Assembly: GCA_964250735.1 (NCBI GenBank)
Contig: CAXUHA010000011.1
Span: forward strand, 25,102 to 89,101
Origin: an uncultured Nakamurella sp.
GTDB lineage: Bacteria > Actinomycetota > Actinomycetes > Mycobacteriales > Nakamurellaceae
Direction: 5' to 3'
DNA: 64,000 nucleotides
Shown here: positions 58,067-64,000 of the stretch, one piece after another
How positions within the stretch are numbered: the first letter of the stretch is position 1
How the letters are laid out: each line of letters begins with the position of its first letter
Notes under the pieces: model-generated
What the model was told of the DNA's origin: nothing
The model's input: only the letters and a program-made list of their open reading frames with translations
Databases searched by the model: none
Translations under genes and position numbers: made by a program

Positions 58067-58801
58067 TTGCTGCTCAAGATCATCAATCCGAACACCACCT
58101 GGTCGATGACCGAGCAGATCGGCGCCAGCGCCAGGGCGGTCGCAGCGCCGGGGACGAAGATCTCCGCCGTGAGCCCGTCGATGGGGCCTGCGTCCATCGA
58201 AAGCCACTACGATGAAGCACTTTCCGTACCCGGACTGCTCCAGGAGGTCGAGCGGGGTGAACGGGAGGGTGCCGACGGTTATGTCATCGCCTGCTTCGGC
58301 GACCCGGGCCTGGAGGCCGCCCGTGAGCTGGCCACCGGGCCGGTGGTCGGCATCGCCGAGGCGGCCATGCACACTGCCGCCTTTCTCGGGCGCGGTTTCA
58401 GCGTGGTCACCACATTGGGCCGGACGGCGGGTCGGGCCTGGGATCTGGCCGCCCGCTACGGAATGCAGCGGTTCTGCCGGAACGTCAGAGCGTGCGAGAT
58501 ACCGGTGCTGGAACTGGACGAGCCCGGATCGCGGGCGCGGCGGTCGATCCTCGGGGAATGTCGGCTGGCCCTGGCCGAGGATCACTGCGACGTGATCGTG
58601 CTGGGCTGTGCCGGGATGGCCGACCTGGCCGCCGAGATCAGCGCCACCCTGCAGGTCCCGGTGGTGGACGGTGTGACGGCGGCCACCAAGACCGTCGAAT
58701 CGCTGGTCACCCTGGGTTTGCGGACCAGTGGGCGAGCCGAGTTCGCGTCGCCCCCGACCAAGACCTACGCCGGCCTGCTCAGCGAATTCACCGTGCCCTG
58801 A
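58067..58801 (+). CDS. Allantoin/hydantoin racemase (Asp/Glu racemase family)
   Basis: INPNTT.SMT, IACFGDPG, LGCAGM, PVVDGV. Confidence 0.9.
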   Translation: MLLKIINPNTTWSMTEQIGASARAVAAPGTKISAVSPSMGPASIESHYDEALSVPGLLQEVERGEREGADGYVIACFGDPGLEAARELATGPVVGIAEAAMHTAAFLGRGFSVVTTLGRTAGRAWDLAARYGMQRFCRNVRACEIPVLELDEPGSRARRSILGECRLALAEDHCDVIVLGCAGMADLAAEISATLQVPVVDGVTAATKTVESLVTLGLRTSGRAEFASPPTKTYAGLLSEFTVP

Positions 58802-58977
58802 GCCGGGTCTGCGCGCGGGTCTTCCGGGCGAATCCTGGTCGTCACGCCGGGGCAACATACGGTGGATATCGTCCGACGGTCGCACGATTACGCCACCGGA
58901 CCGGCGGGAGGCTGTGCCCGGCTCATCCCGGCGCTGAACCTCCCCGGGGTGTCCGGTCGCCAGCGGAGGGAGACGCG

Positions 58978-59814
58978 TTGCCGGCCGTCAGGCGTCCGTC
59001 CGCCCTGATCCGCCGGCTGCAGTCCGACCGGGGGTTGCATTCGCAGGCGGCGATCCTGGCCGAGATCCGACGGGTGATTCTGGAGGGTGGAGTGCCGCCC
59101 GGCACACCCATTCCGGTCGACCAGGTGGCGCAGACCTTCGGAGTCAGCCGGATCCCGGTTCGGGAGTCGCTGCGCACGCTGATCGGCGAGGGACTGGTCG
59201 ATCATCGACCCCACGCGGGTTACCTGGTGGCCCAGTTGACCGCCGAAGAATTTCAGGGTCTTTACACCGTGAGGGGAGTGCTGGAGAAGGCCGCGCTGTC
59301 CTTCGCGGTCGGCCTGGCCACGGCGACCGACGACGCGACCGCGACGGCGGCTCTCCATGCCCTGGACCAGGCCATGCGCGACAACGACTTCCGCGGATAT
59401 CACGTCCAGAGCAGACGGTTCCACCTGGCCCTGGTCACCCCGTCGCGGATGCGACCGTTGCTGGGCATGCTCGAATCCGCCTGGAACGTCACCGAGCCGT
59501 TCCAGCCGATGGCGTTGATCGACGGCGATCAACGCCGCAGGCTGCATGCCGAGCACCGGGAGATGTTGGACCGTTTCCTGGCCCGGGACGCCGGCGCCCT
59601 CCTGGCCGTGGCCGCCCGTCACCTGGATCATCTGGACACCTCGATCGCCGGGATACCCGTGGACACGGGTCTGTTCAGTGCCTCGCCGGAGCGGATGGAC
59701 GGGGAACCGGCACCCGATGCGGCAACGGACCGAGGTGGGCGCGCATCATCGTGGGCGCCCCCCGTGGCGGCGGGGTCCGACACCAGCGAGAAGGTGATCC
59801 GCGATGACAGGTGA
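58978..59814 (+). CDS. GntR (FCD) regulator
   Basis: FGVSRIPVRESL..L.GEGLV, RRFH, EH; TTG after GGAGGGAG. Confidence 0.88.
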   Translation: MPAVRRPSALIRRLQSDRGLHSQAAILAEIRRVILEGGVPPGTPIPVDQVAQTFGVSRIPVRESLRTLIGEGLVDHRPHAGYLVAQLTAEEFQGLYTVRGVLEKAALSFAVGLATATDDATATAALHALDQAMRDNDFRGYHVQSRRFHLALVTPSRMRPLLGMLESAWNVTEPFQPMALIDGDQRRRLHAEHREMLDRFLARDAGALLAVAARHLDHLDTSIAGIPVDTGLFSASPERMDGEPAPDAATDRGGRASSWAPPVAAGSDTSEKVIRDDR

Positions 59815-60361
59815 CGTCGGCATGGCGGTCGTCGGCGAGCAGTCCCGCGGCATGACCATCGAGGATTTCAACCTCGCCGCTGACGACGCGGCCGCTGAAC
59901 TGCTCCGATCGTGCCTGGACGTCGCCGGGTGGGTCGCCGATGTGGCCGGGGGTCGGCCCTTTCCGACCCAGGCGTCCCTGCGCGTGGCGGGCGCGGACGC
60001 CTCCGCCCGCCTGACCTGGGCCCAGGCTCAGGGCGCCCTGGCCCGCCACCCCCGGATCGGTGAACACCGGGCGGCGGTGCCGGGGACCGGTACGGACTCG
60101 GCCTGGTCCGCCGACGAACAAGCCGGCGTGCGGAACGTCGACGGGGGCGGTCTCCTCCAGGCGTTGGCCGAGGGCAACCGGGCCTACGAGCAGCGATTCG
60201 GACACATCTTCCTGATCTGCGCCGCGGGGCTCCCGGCCGACGAGATCCTGGCGCAGCTGAATCACCGGTTGGCCAACGATCAGGAGACCGAGAAGTCGGT
60301 CGTCATCGGGGAACTGCGCAAGATCGCCGACCTGCGACTGGCGAAGGCGGTGTCCGGGTGA
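59804..60361 (+). CDS. uraD: OHCU decarboxylase
   Basis: HPRIG, SADEQAG, NRAYEQRFGHIFLICA, ELRKIA.LRL. Confidence 0.93.
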   Translation: MTGDVGMAVVGEQSRGMTIEDFNLAADDAAAELLRSCLDVAGWVADVAGGRPFPTQASLRVAGADASARLTWAQAQGALARHPRIGEHRAAVPGTGTDSAWSADEQAGVRNVDGGGLLQALAEGNRAYEQRFGHIFLICAAGLPADEILAQLNHRLANDQETEKSVVIGELRKIADLRLAKAVSG

Positions 60362-60711
60362 CCACTGCCCCGATCGATCGACTGTCCACTCACCTGCTCG
60401 ACACCACGATGGGTCGGCCGGCTGCGGGAATTCCGGTGGTGCTGGAGCGGATCACCGCCCACGGCGACAGTCAGGAGATAGGCACCGGCACCACCGATGT
60501 GGACGGCCGCGTCGGTCAGCTGAACGCCGACGCCCTTGCGCCGGGGCAGTACCGGCTGGTGTTTCTCACCGCCGCGTACTTCGAATCCGTGCACGGCGCG
60601 GTGTTCTACCCCAGCATCGCCGTCCACGTGCTCCTGCCCGAGGGCCGAACCCATTTCCACATCCCCGTGTTGGCAAGCACATTCTCCTATTCCACCTATC
60701 TTGGGAGCTGA
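60358..60711 (+). CDS. uraH: 5-hydroxyisourate hydrolase
   Basis: STHLLD, TDVDGR, HFHIP, YSTYLGS. Confidence 0.93.
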   Translation: MTTAPIDRLSTHLLDTTMGRPAAGIPVVLERITAHGDSQEIGTGTTDVDGRVGQLNADALAPGQYRLVFLTAAYFESVHGAVFYPSIAVHVLLPEGRTHFHIPVLASTFSYSTYLGS

Positions 60712-60714
60712 TTG

Positions 60715-61623
60715 ATGGCCATCGTGCTCGGCGCCAATCAATACGGAAAGGCCGAAGTCCGGATGGTGCATGTCGACCGCTCGACCCCGGTCCATGTCAT
60801 CACCGACGTCAACGTGACCAGTCAGTTGATCGGCGACTTCCAGGAGACCCATGCCTCCGGGGCCAATGACAAGATCATCGCCACCGATACGCAGAAGAAC
60901 ACCGTGTACGCCTTTGCCCGGAAGGGCGGTATCGCCAGCATCGAAGAGTTCGCCCTGCGGTTGGCCCGGAATTACGTGGGCGGCTACGACTTCGTCAGCG
61001 GCGCCCGGATGGAGGTCGAGCAGTATGCCTGGGAACGGATCAACACCGCCGCGGGCCCGCACGATCATTCCTTCACCAAGGGCCCAGGCGCCGTGCGTAA
61101 CACCGTGGTCCGCAAGGACGGCGACACGGAGACCGTCATCTCCGGACTGAGCGGGCTGGTGGTGCTCAAGAGCACCGGCAGTGAGTTCCACGGCTTTCCC
61201 GACGTGCCCTACACCTCTCTGGTGGAGACCGACGACCGGGTGATGGCCACCTCGGTCAGTGCCCGCTGGGTCTACGCCAATACCGGTGCCGGAGCAGACG
61301 ATCTGAACTGGAACCCCATCTTCGATTCGGTGAAGGCGATCCTGCTGGAGCAATTCGCCGTGGTGCACAGCCTTTCGTTGCAGCAGACCCTCTTCGCCAT
61401 GGGACGCAGCGTGCTGGAGGCTCATCCGGAAGTCTCCGAGATCAGACTGTCGATGCCGAACATCCACCACTTCGTCGTCGACCTGAGCAAGTGGGACCTG
61501 GACAATCCGAACGAGGTGTTCTATGCGGCCGACCGGCCCTACGGGCTGATCGAGGCGGCTGTGGTCCGCGACGACGCCCCGGCCCCGGGGGGAGTGTGGG
61601 ACGGCGTCGCCGGCTTCGTGTGA
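60715..61623 (+). CDS. pucL: Urate oxidase (uricase)
   Basis: NQYGKAE, ATDTQKNT, VLKSTGSEF, SLQQTL, MPNIH, PYGLIEA. Confidence 0.96.
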   Translation: MAIVLGANQYGKAEVRMVHVDRSTPVHVITDVNVTSQLIGDFQETHASGANDKIIATDTQKNTVYAFARKGGIASIEEFALRLARNYVGGYDFVSGARMEVEQYAWERINTAAGPHDHSFTKGPGAVRNTVVRKDGDTETVISGLSGLVVLKSTGSEFHGFPDVPYTSLVETDDRVMATSVSARWVYANTGAGADDLNWNPIFDSVKAILLEQFAVVHSLSLQQTLFAMGRSVLEAHPEVSEIRLSMPNIHHFVVDLSKWDLDNPNEVFYAADRPYGLIEAAVVRDDAPAPGGVWDGVAGFV

Positions 61624-61725
61624 ACGACGACGGGTGCTCAGTGTCCGTGCATCCCCCATCATGATCTGACATCAATAGGCCAGCCGTAGGACGGCCGGCC
61701 CGAGCTGAGAAGGCGAAGGAGTGCA

Positions 61726-63324
61726 GTGAGCATCTCGATCGTTGCGGGCGCCCCGAAGGTCCCCGGCAGTTCTGGTGTTCTCACCCCGGAGGCGCTCGAG
61801 TTCCTGGCTGCCCTGCACGAGAAGTTCGCGCCGCGGCGCGCCGAACTGCTGGCCTTGCGGTCTACCCGCCGGGAGGCGGTGGCGGCCGGCGCGCGGTTGG
61901 ACTTCCTGCCGGAGACCGCCGAAATACGCGCCGGCGACTGGCGGGTCGCTGCGGTACCGGACTACCTCGCCGACCGTCGGGTGGAGATCACCGGGCCGAC
62001 CGACCGCAAGATGACCATCAACGCGATCAATTCCGGGGCCAAGGTCTGGCTCGCCGACATGGAGGACGCGAACACCCCCCACTGGGACAACGTCATCGAC
62101 GGTCAGATCAACCTGACCGATGCCATTACCGGAACCATCACCCTGAACTCCGGCGGCAAGTCGTACGCCCTGTCCGACGGTGACCGCGCGGTCATCGTGA
62201 TGCGGCCCCGTGGCTGGCATCTGCCCGAGAAGCATCTCACTCTCGGCGGTGAGCCACTGTCCGGTTCGCTGGTCGATTTCGGCCTGTACTTCTTCCGCAA
62301 TGCCGCCGAGTTGCTGTCCCGCGGCGCTGGGCCGGCCTTTTATCTGCCGAAGATGGAATCGCATCTGGAAGCGCGGCTCTGGGCTGAGGTGTTCGCCTTC
62401 GCCGAGCAGTACTGCGACATACCGGCCGGCAGTGTCCGGGCCACGGTGTTGATCGAAACCATCTGGGCCGCTTTCGAGATGGAGGAAATCCTCTACGAGC
62501 TCAGGGACTACGCCTCCGGACTGAACGCCGGCCGCTGGGATTATCTGTTCTCGGTGATCAAGACATTCCGGGACGCCGGCCCGGAGTTCGTGCTGCCGGA
62601 CCGGAATTCGATCACCATGGCGGCACCGTTCATGAACGCCTACTCCGACCTGCTGGTGTCCACCTGTCATCGGCGGGGGGCCTATGCGATCGGTGGAATG
62701 GCGGCGTTCATTCCGTCCAGGGACCCGGCGCTGAACGAGGTGGCGTTCGCCAAGGTGCGGGCCGACAAGACCCGGGAGGCCGGCGCCGGTTACGAGGGTT
62801 CCTGGGTCGCCCACCCGGGTTTGGTGCCGGTGTGCCAGGAGATTTTCGACGCCGCGCTGGGGACCGCGGTCAACCAGCTCGACAAGGGTCTGGACGCCCA
62901 GGTCACGGGGGCCCAGCTGCTGGACATCGCCTCCCTCCAGGTCGACGGCAAACCGCTCGTCACCGAGGCCGGGTTGCAGGCCAACATCGCCGTGGCCCTG
63001 GAATACCTGGTCACCTGGCTCTCCGGTCGCGGTGCCGTCGCCATCAACAGCCTGATGGAGGACGCGGCCACGGCGGAGATCTCGCGTTCCCAGGTATGGC
63101 AGTGGCGGCAGGCCAAGACCGTCCTGGACACCGGCCGGACGGTCAATGCGCGGCTGATCACCCAGATCGCGGACGAGGCGACCGAAACGCTGGCGCAGGT
63201 CTGGGCCGAGGTGCCCCACGGACGGAATCTGCTGGCCGACGCCCGGAACCTGCTGGTCGACCTGACCACCCAGAAGCGCTATGTCGACTTCCTGACCATC
63301 CGGGCCTATGAACTCCTCCCCTGA
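61726..63324 (+). CDS. aceB: Malate synthase A
   Basis: RRVEITGP, RPRGWHL, YLPKME, LNAGRWDY, GGMAA, WVAHP, MEDAATAEISR. Confidence 0.96.
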   Translation: MSISIVAGAPKVPGSSGVLTPEALEFLAALHEKFAPRRAELLALRSTRREAVAAGARLDFLPETAEIRAGDWRVAAVPDYLADRRVEITGPTDRKMTINAINSGAKVWLADMEDANTPHWDNVIDGQINLTDAITGTITLNSGGKSYALSDGDRAVIVMRPRGWHLPEKHLTLGGEPLSGSLVDFGLYFFRNAAELLSRGAGPAFYLPKMESHLEARLWAEVFAFAEQYCDIPAGSVRATVLIETIWAAFEMEEILYELRDYASGLNAGRWDYLFSVIKTFRDAGPEFVLPDRNSITMAAPFMNAYSDLLVSTCHRRGAYAIGGMAAFIPSRDPALNEVAFAKVRADKTREAGAGYEGSWVAHPGLVPVCQEIFDAALGTAVNQLDKGLDAQVTGAQLLDIASLQVDGKPLVTEAGLQANIAVALEYLVTWLSGRGAVAINSLMEDAATAEISRSQVWQWRQAKTVLDTGRTVNARLITQIADEATETLAQVWAEVPHGRNLLADARNLLVDLTTQKRYVDFLTIRAYELLP

Positions 63325-64000
63325 CCTGTTGCGGCCAGGGCTCCGCGGTCCGGTGGCCGCCGGGGCGGTTCCGTCGGCACTGGGCCCGGACCTGCTGCAG
63401 CGCTGGGACCACGACCTGATCTCGGACGACATGGCCTATGCAGCAGCATATCCCGGTCCGCCCGGCCCGGGAGCAGTGCACACTGTGTACATCCCGGTGC
63501 CCTCGTTCGTGGAAGGCGTGGTCGCGCAGTGGGGCCTGCGCGCACGTGAATCGGTTGCCCAGCACCGTGCGGAGTGGCTCGGGGTGCTCGACGACATCGC
63601 CGGCCCCGCCGCGGCCGAGATCGACGCCCTGACCCTGGCCAAGCTCACCGCCGAGCCGATCGAAGACCTGCGGATCGACTTCGAGGACGGTTTCCGGGCG
63701 CACCGGGGCACGGAAACCGATGACGCCGAGGAGGACGCTCATGCGGTGCGCGCCGCGCGGGTCGTCGCGTCCATGTCCATGGCCAGGTCGATGCCGCGAT
63801 CGTGGGGGGTGCGGATCCGTTCGCTGGCCGCGCCGACCCGGCGCCGGGGGCTGCGGACCCTCGACCTGTTCGTCGGCGAATTGCTGAGCAGAAGTGAGCT
63901 GCCCGGCGGCTTCGTCATCACCCTGCCCAAGGTCACCTCGCTGGCGCAGATCGACGTCTTCTGCTCCGTGCTGGCCGCGCTGGAGCAGGTGCACGGGCTG
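63308..64000 (+). CDS. Aldolase/citrate-lyase-like (DUF6986-type) protein, truncated by the right edge
   Basis: Manual translation from ATG 63308: YPG....VHTVYIP, KLTAEPIEDLRIDFEDGF, GVRIRSL, RGLRTLD, ITLPKVT. Confidence 0.8.
   Translation, partial: MNSSPDLLRPGLRGPVAAGAVPSALGPDLLQRWDHDLISDDMAYAAAYPGPPGPGAVHTVYIPVPSFVEGVVAQWGLRARESVAQHRAEWLGVLDDIAGPAAAEIDALTLAKLTAEPIEDLRIDFEDGFRAHRGTETDDAEEDAHAVRAARVVASMSMARSMPRSWGVRIRSLAAPTRRRGLRTLDLFVGELLSRSELPGGFVITLPKVTSLAQIDVFCSVLAALEQVHGL

Noticed and set aside
61672-63432. 586-aa antisense ORF over aceB (similar cases at 19653-21566, 11084-13057, 4401-5924, 53564-55018)
   Set aside because: Shadow ORFs expected from high GC3 codon bias opposite or overlapping well-supported genes; no motifs.

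Overview
High-GC actinobacterial chromosome segment; gene content and style suggest a Nakamurella-like soil actinomycete (inference). About 58 CDS are supported. I recognise no rRNA, tRNA, CRISPR array, transposase or integrase. A conserved-looking backbone (copC/ycnI, DUF6474, TM0106 nuclease, rhodanese, DUF4328, DUF5926, CPBP protease, pheA, histidine phosphatase, zincin, serS) is interrupted by accessory blocks. These are: proline utilisation under a TetR regulator; three VapBC-type toxin-antitoxin pairs; a surface/glycan block (GT-C-like membrane protein, bulb-lectin/Zn-peptidase fusion, UDP-glucose dehydrogenase, PTY-hexapeptide repeat protein); tandem deacetylase-like lipoproteins; a LacI-controlled polyol/rare-sugar ABC uptake and catabolic locus with an unusual enzyme set; and a urate/allantoin-to-malate cluster with no recognisable ureidoglycolate lyase. 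Best leads: the polyol pathway (SDR + cupin isomerase + FGGY kinase + LacD-type aldolase), the lectin-peptidase fusion, the PTY repeat protein, a dispersed intergenic GTCTTGGCAACG repeat family, and tandem repeats anchored on stop codons. All family calls come from motif recognition by eye; no database searches were run.
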